A stretch of 64,000 nucleotides of DNA, from NCBI GenBank assembly GCA_018398765.1, contig JAHBMJ010000388.1:62001-126000 (forward strand), given 5' to 3'. The position numbers were made by a program, and so were the translations under genes. Origin of the DNA: Chromera velia (lineage: Eukaryota). Below the pieces are notes generated by a model. The model was not told the DNA's origin. It saw nothing but the letters and a program-made list of their open reading frames with translations, and made no database searches. Each line of letters begins with the position of its first letter. Positions within the stretch are counted from its first letter, which is position 1. Below are positions 51,696-64,000 of this stretch, piece after piece.

Positions 51696-52074
51696 TGCGC
51701 TGTCAGACTGACTTTGCTGCAATTTAGATACGATATCTAATTCCAGTTGCTAGTCCAGTTGCTTTGGCTGAGACGCACGCTCTTTTCTGACGTGGTCCCA
51801 GAAAACATGCAAGAATCATGTAAGGTGCTCGCTTACGCTCACACCATGCATTCATACACATAAGGTTGATTGATTGCCAAAGTACAGTATGGTGTTTTTT
51901 GAAATTCTAGCTAAAGTACAGTATGATTATGGTATGGTGGCTCTCCAAAGCCATCCTAGGAAAATCTATAAAGTTTAGGATGAGAAAAATCTATAAAGTT
52001 TAGGATGATGATTTACACAAAAGAACATTTACAAAATTGTTCATATAATATCATGCAGAGACGGCCAGAGAGCG

Positions 52075-53899
52075 TCACGTGTGAACCCGCGGCTGCAAAC
52101 AAGTTCGCGGGTAGGACCCCGGATTTTTACGGGCTGCCGCCGGGCTGGAACCCGTTTTGAACCCGCTTGAACCGGGTTCGAACCCGAATGCCGACTTTTT
52201 TGTAGGCCTCCAAAAGGCTCAAGAAGTCAAAACAAAGCGTTTCCCATCGATTCCCACAGGGTCCGACCGATGGCGGACACACAATGCCTGTCAGTCACGC
52301 ATTCAGTCTGACCACATCCTTCCGACTCACCAGTATGTGGAGACACCAGAGGGGTCCTGCTCCTCTAAGGCGCTTGGAATCTGCATTCAGCGAGCGCAAC
52401 AGATGCACATCACTGCACTGACCTTGACTATAGCGGATGACGCAGAGGGAAGAGCCTCTGGATGGACCTGGGGGCTCTTTGCTCGCCATCCGCACAGACG
52501 CTCCCACAAGAACGCAACACACTCTTCATCCCCACCAAAAATTCCAACAAGCATCAATGCTGTCTGCAGCTGGCTGCAACGCAAAGAAACAAGGAAGATG
52601 CATTGTTTAGCACGGCGGGGGAGAGAGCAAGGAGCCTACTGGGTGCCACAAAGGTTCTGCCGGAGGGGCAGACAGGTGTTGCTCACACCGTCTCGAGATG
52701 AGGTCACACTCGACCCATCGAAAGGGTCTCCGCGCACAGCCACACCAAAAGGTGAATCCTGGACACACCACAGAGTCTGCCGGTGTTGTAGGAAGAGAAC
52801 TGTACCAGTTTTCTGGAAGGATCTGCTTCACAGCCACTCCTGTACATCGAGAACGGTTCAGACTGGGTGTGACTGAATGTATCTCGTTGAGCCCATTTTG
52901 AGCTTTCGGAGCCGATTTTGAAAGCCGATTTTTCTCAGTGACGCACGCATCGGGCCGGGGACGCGCGGGGGCCATGTACGCGCGCGCGTCCCCGGCCCGA
53001 TGCGTGCGTCACTGAGAAAAATCGGCTTTCAAAATCGGCTCTGAGAAAGTTCAAAAACTGCTCATGCAACTAGATTCAGTCACACCCAGTCTGAGTTGTT
53101 CTCGATGTACAGGAGTGGCTGGGAAGCAGATCCTTCCAGCAAACTGGTACAGTTGTGTTTCTACAACACACTTAGACTCTGTTCTGTGTCTGGGTTTCAC
53201 CTTTTGCGGTGGTTGTGTGATGAGACCCTTTCGAAGGGTCCAGCGTGAGGGTATCTAGAGACGGTGTGAGCAACACCTGTCTGCCCCTCCATCAACACCT
53301 TTGTGACACCGAGTAGGCTTCTTGCTCTCTCCCTAGCCGTGCTGGGCGACGTGTCTTCCTTGTTTCTCTGCATTGCAGCCGGCTGCAGCCAACTTTGATG
53401 CTTCTGGGATTTGTTTGTGGGGTTGAAGAATATTGAAGAGTGTGTTGCCTTCCTGTGGGACAGTTCGTGCTGATGGAGAGCAAACAGCCCCCAGGTCCAC
53501 CCAGAAGCTGTCCCGACTGGGTCATTCGCTACAGTCAAGGTCAGTGCAGTGATATGCATCTGTTGTGCTCATGGGATGCAGGAGTCTAGCACCTCACAGG
53601 AGCAAGACCCCTCCGGTGGCTGCAGATACAGGTAAGTGGGAAGGATATGTGGTGTGCGGTGAGTGACTGACAGGCACTGTGTGTCCGGCATTGGTCAAAC
53701 TCTGTTGGAAACTCTTTGTCTGGACTGTTTGAAGCTTGTGGATGTGTGTTTGGTCGCTCAGAACTCACAAGTGCTCTTTTTGACAACCCGGCGAGAGCCC
53801 GGCGAAAACTGGGATTCCGGCCGGGCTCTAACCCGTTTTTGGCCGTGAAAATCCGGGGTCCTGCCCGCGAACTTGTTTGCAGCGGCGGGTTCACACATG
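52075..53899. repeat. ~1.8-kb inverted repeat (palindrome) with diverged ~900-bp arms and a perfect 59-bp central stem
   Basis: 52909-52967 is the exact reverse complement of 52983-53041 (15-nt loop). The outer arms still align (e.g. GTGTGAACCCGC...GCAAACAAGTTCGCGGG at both extremities; paralogous peptides MHITALTLT...GWTWGLFA on opposite strands). Confidence 0.9.
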
Positions 53900-53989
53900 G
53901 TATGCGACGGTCATGGAGGGCCCTATGGTTCTTCAATCAATCAATCAATCAATCAGTCAATCAATCGATCAGTCAGTCCTCAGTTAGTC

Positions 53990-54660
53990 AGTCAGCCAGA
54001 GCGGCCCGGAGGGTAGGGCAGACACTAGGGCAGACACTCCGATGGTATCGCCCCCAGTCCTTCTTCTGACAGCGACGAGAGTAATATCGGGTGTAGTGAC
54101 ACCCGGAGCATTTCTGGATGTGAGCCGACACCCTGCTACAAATTAACGGCACACATCTTGCCGTCTCCTGAAGCCAACAGACACACACCCAAAGCCATCT
54201 CCACGACAACGGTGATGGGACACTCAAGGGGCCTCTTCATCGCCTCCAAGAATGTCTTCACGTTGAACCCCTCCGATGCACGAGCCGAGAGGGAGGGCAC
54301 CCACACGGACAAACAACGTCCCGAGCCCGGTACCCTCCAGGAGTTGCCGTTCGTGACGACGCCTATGTCCGCGAGGGCATCGAACTACCCCCTCTCCATC
54401 CAAGTTCCTTCTGCCATCCTCACCCAGGACCTTGCCCCCTCGGACCCCTCCTGGTGGATGAAGGCGTCCATGGAATCTTTTCTGCCCTCGTGCCGGTATG
54501 TCCACCAATCAGGGCCGACCGCCTCCAAAACAGGGTGAGGGAGGGCAAGAGGGACCCCAACCAAAGGTCAACCTCTGGGTGCTTCGGGGAGGCCCGCAAA
54601 CTCCAGTCCCCTATCGAGGACAACGGACGCAAAACGAGTTCAAGCAGGGCGTACTCCTAG
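53990..54660 (-). pseudogene. MYND zinc-finger protein pseudogene or fragment
   Basis: KCSGCHYTRYYSRRCQKKDWGRYHRSVC matches the MYND CxxC...YCSxxCQxxDWxxHxxxC pattern with one ligand Cys>Tyr (TGC>TAC). The upstream protein-like frame has an in-frame TAG and a frame change. Confidence 0.65.
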
Positions 54661-55939
54661 GGCGTACTCCAAAAAGTACTACCCGTGCAATGTCGTGGAC
54701 TGTGTTGTTCATTTTGCTATTGAGCATAAGGGTGTGTCTAAACACTCCTATTTAACGAATTTTGTGGTGTTCCAGACTGAGAGATCAGCTGACCGCCAGA
54801 ACCAAGAGTTTATTATTTAATAGAGTGTAATACAGTACAGTGTTAAGTTACTATGCTTGAAAGTGGACCCCTATGCTGAAGTCTGACCTTTATATTGATA
54901 GTATTATTCTACGTTTTCTTGACATAAAATATAAGTTAATTAGACTATTTTTTTTTAGTTTATCAATGATAAATAAGCTGATAACAAATGTTTATAAATT
55001 TGGATTCAAGTTCTTGCCCACCTGAAAGCGGTAAGCGCATGCATTCGGGGGACCAGAGGAGTGCAAGGGGAGGGCTGGGAGGAAGGAGGAGTAGGCAATG
55101 CACTGGTTATGACTGAGGGGTAGGAAGTACTTAGCAAATACCGAAGAAGGCATTCAGATGGAGGAGCGTCAACTATGAGGTCGCATGAAAGAGAGAGAGC
55201 TAGTAGCAAGAGCAGTAACTAGGACAGAAGGAAGAGATGAAAGACGTATAGGCCAGACGCTAGGAACAAACTTTAAGTCAATGCCCCCCCAAAAGTTCTT
55301 AAAAGTAATTCTAGTACTAGCTAGTTAAAAGTAATTGATCAATAGTGACTGCCAGCTGCTGCGCGTAAATGTTTTTCAAATCTAAATCTGTTTAATGATA
55401 TACTGTTAGCTAAAAAAGTTTTGAAATTTGACTATTATTCGATTAAGTATATGTGTGTGCATGAATGCGCAGCAAAAAGTTAAAAAAAAAAATAAAATCT
55501 ATCTAGATAATCTAGACATTTTAAAGTTTTTACTACAAATGTTAGACCAGAATAATATTAATTCTCTGGAAAATTCTTTTAAAAATAGTTCAGTAAGAAT
55601 GAGTTTTAAATTTTAATACTATCAAAACAATGATCGAAAACTAAAATTTAATATTTTTTAAATATTATTTCAAGACAGAACCTTGAAAAGGCCAATGTTT
55701 ACGCCGTTTTGTTCCATTTGTTATTCAGATCGATTCTGATTGAAGAGCCGTTTCTGTACTTCTTCTACTATCGCCCAAAGAATGACATATTGAGACACCA
55801 ACTTCTTGTAGGACAAATCGCGGAAACTTATAGTGCCTCTGCTTTGAACGCATAAATGATATTCATTGGGTGAGGGAAGAGAACAAAACAAGTAAGCAAA
55901 ACAGGAAGGTAACGGAAACGGAGGAAGCAAGAAGACAAA

Positions 55940-56644
55940 TAAATGAGAAAAAAAAAAGGAAGGAAGAAAGGAAGCAAGGAAGGAAGGAAGAAAAGTAAGG
56001 AGTCTTAAACAAAGAAAGAAGGAAGGCCAATTAATAAAGACGGAAAGCAGGATGGAAGGAAGCAAGGAAGAAAGGAATTAAAAAAACAAGAAAAAAGAAG
56101 GAAGAAAAAGATGAAGGAAGGAAGGAAGGAAGCTAGCAACGAAGGAAGGAAAGAAGGAAGGAAGGAAGGAAGGAAGGAAGAACGGCAGGCAGGGATAAAG
56201 CACAAAAGAAAATAAAAAAAGAAGGAACTTCAAGGAAAGAAGAAAGCAGCAGAGGAAGGAAGAAAGAAGCAAAAGGAGAGACAGGGCAACGAAGGAAGGA
56301 AGAACGAAGGAAGGAAGGAAGGAAGGAAGGAAGGAAGGAAAAAAAGAAGGAAGGAAGGAAAGAAAGAAAAAAGGAAGAAAGGAAAGAAACGAATAGAGGA
56401 AGGATGGGAGAAACGACGGAAGAAAGGAAGGATGAAAGACAGGAAGGAAACAGACACAGAAAGCTTAAAATTTTTTGAACGAAAGAAAGAACGAAAGTAG
56501 GAGGGGGGGACGATGCAATGAAAGGAGGAGGGAAAGACGGAAAGAAGGGACTCCAACAAGGAAAGAAAGGAAGAAAGGATGGAAGAAGGAAGGAAAAAAG
56601 AAAGCAACAAAGAGAGAAAGAGAGAGAGAAGGAAAGAGAAAGTG

Positions 56645-56689
<45 letters not shown>

Positions 56690-56800
56690 GAAAGAAAGGA
56701 AGGAGAGAAGAAAAGGAGGAAGGCACGAAAACAACAATTAAGGAAAGAAGGGGAAAAAAACAATAAAGATGGAAGCCTTAGGGAAAAGGAAAGAAATTTG
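55940..56800. repeat. Purine-rich low-complexity tract, (GAAG)n/(AG)n
   Basis: Directly visible. Confidence 0.9.
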
Positions 56801-56892
56801 AAGAAGCTGTGCGCTCTAAGTGGAAAATATAGAGAAAAGCAGAAGGGTATGAGGGTATCAACTTGTGTCAATAAAGCCAGAACGGCAATATT

Positions 56893-57454
56893 CTTTTTAA
56901 AGAAAAAACATGACCACCCTGACTCCGACAGAATTTCCGACTCCAAAAAAAACAATATTTAATATAAATAATTAATTGAGTTACACAGTCTTATTAATTT
57001 ATTTTTACTCTTTAAAGACTGTTTTTAAACATAAATAAAAGCGTAAAACAAAATCTACAAACAACTAGAAATATAAATGAAAATTTTTTTTCAGGTTTAC
57101 TTTGTTTTTCAATTTTTTATGAAACTTGCCCCAAAGGTTCCTACTAGCTTCCCTAGCTAGTTCTCTAGATGTTAGACTTGTATAATTAAAGTTTGTTGGG
57201 GTTACTGTCAGACTAGTGTAATCAATTGGTGAAGAGTTAGTCTACAGACACTTAATGCTAGACTTAATGAATGTCACATCTACGAGAGCGTGGAGGAAAG
57301 AGTTTTCAACCGCTGAAGCCATCATTGATAAAGCAGATATTGCGGTGGCATCATGTACACTGATCCATAACAACGGGTTTCTGTTCGGCGCATAGAATAA
57401 GAAAAGCTACAAAAGAGAAGCAGACAGATAGATAAAGAGGCGGACAGAGAAAAT

Positions 57455-57492
<38 letters not shown>

Positions 57493-60400
57493 GAGAGAGG
57501 CAGGCAGGTAGGTAGGCACAGAGAGAGGGGCAAGACGGGGGAGGAGGGTGAAAAAGGCTTGCAATGAGAAACAGGCATTGCATTAAAAGATGGGAGGACG
57601 AAGAAAGGGATAGAGGCCTAGAGAGGGAAGTCTTAGGCACTGCAGGGAAGAAAGAGTGGAAACATAGACGAAAAGAGAGAGAGCATGCAGCGAATCTCAA
57701 CACTTAGTATGCAAGAAGGGAATAGGGCGGGCAAAGAAAAAGGATAAACGAGTCACGTTGAAATTCAAAGAGAAAAACAAGATCCAAAGTCAGGGAGACA
57801 AGAAAGATGCAATCAGAACAGGAGAAAGGAACAAAGAAAGCGGAAAGAAACAATAGAGTTCGTGGAGAGAAAAAAAGATGGGAAGGGGGCGAGAGAGCAG
57901 AAGAGAAGACGAGACGGATGCATAGTTTGGGGACAGCTTTCACAAAATCAGCGAGCAGGAGTCTCTGAGTAGACAACTTTCTAGACAACTTTCAAGTGAA
58001 GTGAAAAGAGAAATAGGCAGCTCGGTGGGCCGCCGGTGAAGGGGGAAAGGGCAAAAGACATGATAAAGTTCAAGAAGGGGAAGCTTGGAGTGTTAAAATG
58101 CAGAAGAAGCAAGCGGACGAGAGTCAACCAGAGGAACAGCAGAAATTGAAAAGCAAGAGCAGCCGCTGCTAAGACTAGAGAGAATCCCTCTAGCTCGCTA
58201 TCTCTGATACCTGTAACTATAAGTGCAGAGTCTCGTAGTCATCCAACTTGTGTAGAACTGTGAGAAGGTGTGAGAAGTGAACCCACATTTGCATGTATAC
58301 TGACGGAAAGATATTAGCACGTTGCTTACTGCTTGAAACACACAGACAGGGGAAGTGAAAGCCGAAAGAAAAAGCTTTCTAGCAGCAGCAAAAGACAAAT
58401 AAGTTACACGCATAGACACCTGTCACCGCCTCTCATGTATTTACATATACACAAACACACGTACACATACACACAGTCATACATACGCCTACACATACAC
58501 ATAGATATACATGCGTAAAACGGATTAAGACATCAAAGTAAAAGGAAAAGGTGGATAGAAACACAGCTTTGAAAGCCTGGTAGACCGAAATAAGTCCGTC
58601 AACACAAGTGCCGGGCGATAGACCTAACGCCCCCTATCTTGTACATAGGGAGTTTGAGATAGCCCCTCCACACACCTTGAGGTTGAGGCCTGCATACACA
58701 TTCAAAAGACGTACATATGAAAGAGAGTCGAAAGACAGCCACATAAAAGGATGAAAAGGGTATTTTTGAGTTCTCCAACCCTTACTTATATTTTTAAATT
58801 TTAATATCAACTTCGTGCTCGACACTTTTTTTCCCACCCAGATTCCAACAGAGAGGATCAGCTCAGGGGGAATTTTCTGGAAATTTTCACACGAAAATTT
58901 CCAGAAAATCCTCCCCGACGGCGAAAGCTGAAAAATAAAAGTCGGAAACAGCGGAAGGAAAAGCATAAGAGGCATCGATGTGGGCTTTAAACATCGATCG
59001 GAGTTCATACAAGCCTATCTTTTGTTCTTCCCTGCATTTTTTGTGACTTTCATTTTTCAGCTTTCGCCGCCAGGGGGGATTTTCTGGAAACTTTTGTGCG
59101 AAAATTTCTAGAAAATCCCCCCTGAGCTGAGCCTCTCTATTGGAAGTTTATACAGAGACCAAAGAGCCTGGAAGTGAAACATGCGTGGTCGACAGACATC
59201 AGCCGACATCAACATCCATTCCTGCATGCCCGTTGACCCTCCGATCCTCTCTAGCGCTGAGCCTCCTACTGACCTCATTTCCACGGACTTAAGATCGATA
59301 CCGTCCGATCTCAGACCATTCCGGCCCCGGGCCCGCCCCGTCCCCCACCCCCCGGCCTTCTGAGCCCACGCGCACTCCCGCTCCGGGATCAGCGCCCTTC
59401 GACGGACATAGAACGCCATCCGTCTTCCCCTTACAACTTCTTCCTACCCGAGGCTACCCCCTGCCTCGCTTGAGTCTCTGGGCCTCAAACTTAACCTCTC
59501 TGTGACGCCTGACTCCGCCAGGGCCCGCCCTGGCTCGGCCCCGGCCCCGCCCCACCCCCCGCCGGGGGCCGCCCCGCCAAGTCCCCGCATCCCCCCACTC
59601 TGGGACCACTCTGGAGACCTCTTCCAATCCATCTTTCCCGCACAAGGAACTTCGTGTGAGACTCTCTCTCTCTGGCCTTTCGGGGCTTCAAACCCTCTCT
59701 GCAACGTTCGGTCCCGGCCCGGCCCCGGCGGCAGTCTTGACCACAGCCCAGCGGCCCGCCATGTAACCCCCACTTGAGGAAGGCAACCGATTTAGCTTCA
59801 GTTCTACTACATATCCAAGTAAAAGCCCCAAACTTTGCATTCAGACACAGAACAAGAAGGCAGTCAGTGCAAATAGGAGCTAGGAGCAAGGTGGATCCCT
59901 ATCTGGCAAGAGACAACCACTTACCCCACATAACATAAAGTGACAGCTACAATCACACTTAGCAGAAAAGAGAGCCAAAAGCAACTTAAGCTCCACAACA
60001 CACCCAAGCGAAAGCTCCAAACTCTGCAGCTAGACAGGACCTAAGAGCACAATGAGGTTTGGAGAGAAGGGTTGAGGTAGGTCGCAACCGTTTACTCCAT
60101 ATGACACAATTGAAGAGACGGCTAGAAGAAAAAACAAGCAAAAGTGATTCCAAGTCCCCGAAGCACGCAAGCTGAAGCCCCAAACCATGTATTCAGACAG
60201 AAGATAGGATGTCAATGAGGGTAAAAGAAAACGAGAAAGGTGGGTCCTTCACTTCTTTGATTCAACCGCTTGCTTTTACTTGCACACCGCAGCGCCATCT
60301 GTCCAACCGACCAGAAAAGAGATCCAAAAGCAACTCCAAAACCGCAAAAAAGGCAGGCTGAAGCCCAAATCCTTGCATGCAGCAAGCCAACAAAAAGACC

Positions 60401-61062
60401 ATCAGGGAGTAAAAAGAGAACAAGGTGCATCTGGGTGTAGTTCTCTTGGGTACGACTCTACTGCCTGCTCATATCAGATGTGACACACCGAGACGGCTTT
60501 GCCACGGCAAGCCAATGCGAAAAGAAGAGCAGTGACCAAGCCGGACCGAGCCAGCTTCAGCTCTACTACAAGGTCAAGCAGCAGCCTGGAGTATCACACA
60601 ACTGACAAGCAGTGATAGCAGAGTGTTTTGAATGAAAGCTGGGCAAAGGGCTTCTTCTTTTTCTTAAGTGTACCTTCGATCAGCTCTATACCAAATTTTC
60701 GATCGCGTGCTCGCAGAGTAATCGGGTCGCAAATAAAAACCGGATGCGTGCATCAACCAACGCGTGGAGCTGCACGCGACCACGCCAGCGCCGCGCTTAC
60801 GCTGGTGGTACGCCTAGAGCTGCCGCCGCGGCACTGCCACCCTACATGCATAGCACGCCATTTAATTATTGCAACCTCAATTCTCACTCCCTTATTTGAA
60901 AACATAAAAAGTTAACAATAAGAAAATCGAGAAAAATACATTCAGATGATGTGAAATCTCTCTAAAGTATTATTTTAAAACAAAAAAAAATATAAATTTT
61001 TGGAGTTGAAAATTCTGTCAGAGTCGGAAATTCTGTCAGTGACCTGTTTTTTCTTTTTAGAG
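56893..61062. mobile_element. Putative ~4.2-kb decayed TIR element
   Basis: AAAGAAAAAACA...GACAGAATTTCCGACTCCAAAAA at ~56898-56948 is inverted at ~60997-61056 (TTTTTGGAGT...GAGTCGGAAATTCTGTCA...TGTTTTTTCTTT). The interior contains stop-riddled coding-like sequence. TSD not identified. Confidence 0.45.
58843..59145. mobile_element. Foldback/MITE-like element with ~100-bp inverted arms
   Basis: TTCCAACAGAGAGG.TCAGCTCAGGGGG...GGCGAAAGCTGAAAAAT.AAAGTC is mirrored by GACTTT.ATTTTTCAGCTTTCGCC...CCCCCTGAGCTGA.CCTCTCTATTGGAA. Confidence 0.75.
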
Positions 61063-61495
61063 ACTCACTAATCACATGCTCACCCATGGTGACCGCGCAG
61101 AGGTGGCATCTCGGGGGACTTTTGCATGCTTCTGAATCTTGTGTCCTGCACAGACAACCGTTCAGAAAAGATAGAGAACTGAAACGTACAATCGGATTAC
61201 TGCGTGTATATGTAATACATGCATTCTGCTTCTGTCATAGTTGCATAAGTACATTGTACTACATTGTACTACACTGTACTGTACTGTACTACTGTACTAT
61301 AACATCTACACTGCACTGTACTACTGTACTAGACCTTAAAAAACAATTTCTTCTATTTCTAGCGTCCTAGGGGGTCTCTTAACCTACGTTAATACTCTAT
61401 CAACGTGTGCTAAGTTATGATATAGTAATGATAAATTATAGTAACTTAGAGAAAGCTTCCAAAAGAATTGAAACTATATATTATACATATATATA

Positions 61496-61533
<38 letters not shown>

Positions 61534-61535
<2 letters not shown>

Positions 61536-62601
61536 GGGTATGACACCTAAAAAAAAATAAAATATAATTTAATTACAAACCCTAGGGGCATGTGTCACTC
61601 TGATTAGCTATAACTCTAAAAAGTAGTTTTTTAAGGTTTTTAGGATGAACTGACCTTATTTCTATGATAACACAACTTTTTAAATTAAATTTGATGACTT
61701 TTTATATATAAGAAAGTCAATTCGCCCTCTGAGGTTTGCAAACGCTCATGACGTCGGTTTGTAAACCTAATCCCCCAACCTGACCAAACCTGTCTAAACC
61801 TGGTTCTAAATGGCTTTTGCATGAACACAAAGAAGATGCAAAGCAAACATAACCTAGCATTTTACCAGGAAATATCAGATAAACCGATTATTTAACGAAT
61901 GTAGGATAAAGTCAAGAACATAAAAGCTGTCTTCATTCTTTTACACTTCAACAGACTTATCCAAAGGTGCAATTTCCTTTTTAAACGCCCGGTCAACTTA
62001 CTCCAATTCTCTATCTTCAATTCATAAGCTGCCATTAATGTTTAGTGCAGTGGGTTTCCAAATTCCTCAATCATGTGTATAGTTTCCACGGAGAGGCGAT
62101 CAAGCATTGCCAAACAAAGATCGTGCCGGGAAAGAAGAGAGGGGAAAAGGGGCAGGGGCAGGATAAAGAGAATGCAGCGGCTACTGTGAATGCTGATACG
62201 AGCAAGGCTGTATCCCCTTGCTGAAATGCTCATACACAGAGTGTCACAGATGTGGTCCTGCCGGCAAAAATGTACAAAATGTACTTTTAACAGATTATTC
62301 ACATATAGATTTTAGAAGTTTGACCAGGTTTGGACGGGTTTAAAGAGGTTTGAAAGCTTTAAGTCTGGTACGACCATGGTTTTCAAACCAATTCTAAACC
62401 TGATATAGCGAATGGGTTTTATACTCATCTAAACCTACCCTAACCTACCTTAACCTTAGCCACTTGACCCTATTTTAGCGTTTTTTAAGCTTTTCTAGCA
62501 AATTAAGCTCCAAAAATCTCTTTTAAAACATCAAAAATTTAAGTTTTTATTGAGAAACCTAACTTCAAACCTAGGGTACCCTCACAAAGTGTCAGATCCT
62601 A
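61534..62601. mobile_element. Possible non-autonomous TIR element inserted in a (TA)n tract
   Basis: TAGGGTATGACAC at 61534 versus GTGTCAGATCCTA ending at 62601; TA runs on both sides; internal inverted AAACC/GGTTT motifs. Confidence 0.35.
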
Positions 62602-62699
62602 GATATATATAACATAAATTCACATACCATCATTACAACAGTCCTAGCAACAGTCTCAGCAGTCTGCCCCCCCCCCCCTCCTTCCTGTCCCTTCTGTCA

Positions 62700-63270
62700 A
62701 ACTCAGAAAAGAGTCTCTCTGAACTCCAGTCCGATGCTCTTCAGGTATTCAACTGTCATCTCTCTATCCAACTCATCATCGAATACCTCCGCTGACTCAT
62801 CAGACGCAAGGTCGAGTCCCTGTAGGGCCTGGCCCAAAATCTATGTCTGTCTTTTATGGTGCCCGGCGTTTTCTGTGTCTGTCTTCTTCTCAGAGTAAAC
62901 CTAGTCATAGAGAGAGAACCCCCGCTCCGAGACCTCCGCCGCGTTGGTGGCCTGAAAGACCTCCGTGGTAAGGGTGGCGTTTTTAGGGGCTGCTTCTACA
63001 AGGTCGTCCCGGCACCACCAGGAGAGGTTATCCACGGTGACCTTGTCGTCTAACGATATACAGTTAAGCTGAAGAGGAGGCGTCATAGCCTGTACTGCCT
63101 TGTACCACTCCGACGTTATCTACAAGGACTGTTACTAGGCTTCACGGACATCATTGCCCTGGATTTCCTCCACCCCTCGACTTTAACATGCAAAACCTCG
63201 TCTAAGGACCCAAGGGGTGGAACAGAAACCTTGTATTCTTGTGGTTGAGAGGCTTCACTTAAAGCCATCC
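62700..63270 (-). pseudogene. hAT transposase relic (C-terminal dimerisation-domain-like)
   Basis: DNLSWWCRDDLVEAAPKNATLTTEVFQATNAAEVSERGFSLYD*VYSEKK resembles the hAT WW...P.LA...S.ER.FS motif; stops are present. Confidence 0.55.
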
Positions 63271-63637
63271 TTTTCTCTAATTTATGTTTTAGAATACAAA
63301 TTTTAACTATTTACTATTTACTATCTTAAATTACTCTAAAAACATAATGAAAATTCACTAAAACACTGGTAAAAAGTTACTAAAACTTAGCTTATACGCA
63401 TGCCGGGGCCCGCTGGGTTCCTTTTTGCCCCCCCCTGCCCATATGTAGGCGGCGCTTCGCCGCCAAAAACTCAACTGAACCAACCAAGTGGCCTCCAGAG
63501 CTGAAAGTTGGGAGATTTCTCACCCATCCCACTCTCATCAATTCTATGGAACAGAATTTGCAGACTCAACCTATAGCCTCTGCACCAGCAGTTTTCTGTT
63601 TAGCAACGTGTATAAACTTTTATTTCTGAGGTGTTGT

Positions 63638-63887
63638 TCACTGTTGTTTGAGCTCAGTTCCAGACTGAGCCGTGTTACAAGCCGCGATGCCACCGCTCCC
63701 ACCGCCTAAATCTTCGAAGGGGCGTAAAGGAGTAGGAGGGAGACCCACAAGAGCAGAAGCAGAAGGTCTGAAGGACAGACATGTACCTTTAGGAGAGTAC
63801 CGTACCAACCTTGTCTCAACCATGTGCGGTTCGTCTCCTGCGTTGGAAAGGCCCTGCCACATAGCAGGGCTAGAGGCCATCAAGGCC
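63638..63887 (-). CDS. Possible exon of a gene extending beyond the window
   Basis: 81-codon ORF with an acceptor-like CTCTCTCCCTATAG upstream; no motif recognised. Confidence 0.15.
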
Positions 63888-64000
63888 TATAGGGAGAGAG
63901 AAATGCCGCCTTTCACTGCAGTGCGGACCGAACAGCAACAGCAGGAGCGAGATGCCCACCAGCAAAAGCAGCATAAAAGGAAGAGACGGATAAGTGAGCA

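Noticed and set aside
52157..53559. Paralogous ORFs in the palindrome arms as real genes
   Set aside because: The peptide similarity follows from the DNA repeat; frames and lengths are not preserved between arms and no domain is recognisable.
55721..56962. F/L/S/P-rich and K/E/R-rich ORFs
   Set aside because: Products of the (GAAG)n low-complexity tract.

Overview
Eukaryotic, intron-rich genomic DNA. It has GT-AG introns with GTGAGT/GTCAGT donors, abundant (AG)n, (GT)n, (CTGT)n and (GAAA)n microsatellites, frequent TGCATGCA, and small N gaps. The style suggests a chromerid/apicomplexan-related alveolate such as Chromera; this is inference only. Genes: (1) a multi-exon papain-family (C1A) protease-like gene on + (73 to at least 4316, probably about 8 kb) whose catalytic Cys is Ser and which has one in-frame TAG; (2) a 2-exon secreted Cys-rich protein on - (11160-12473); (3) a very large receptor-like gene on - (~32.8-45.4 kb; TSP1 + LRR + GCC2/GCC3-type Cys repeats + multi-TM + long cytoplasmic tail); (4) a MYND-finger pseudogene. 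The rest is largely decayed mobile DNA: a gag-only Ty3/Gypsy LTR element (48011-50788), TIR/hAT-type MITEs with 8-bp TSDs, a hAT transposase relic, foldback elements and a 1.8-kb palindrome. Two signals stand out. (a) A 7-kb array (18419-25398) is built from two cassettes, A (726 bp) and B (~331-354 bp), in irregular order ABABABABBABBBA. Each cassette has its own terminal inverted repeats and the junctions are centred on a CG dinucleotide, resembling products of site-specific recombination. (b) Repeat copies differ almost only by C>T/G>A transitions, in CpG and non-CpG (CpA) contexts (about 33 of 34 differences between the two LTRs by manual count), a RIP-like hypermutation signature. All alignments were done by eye.
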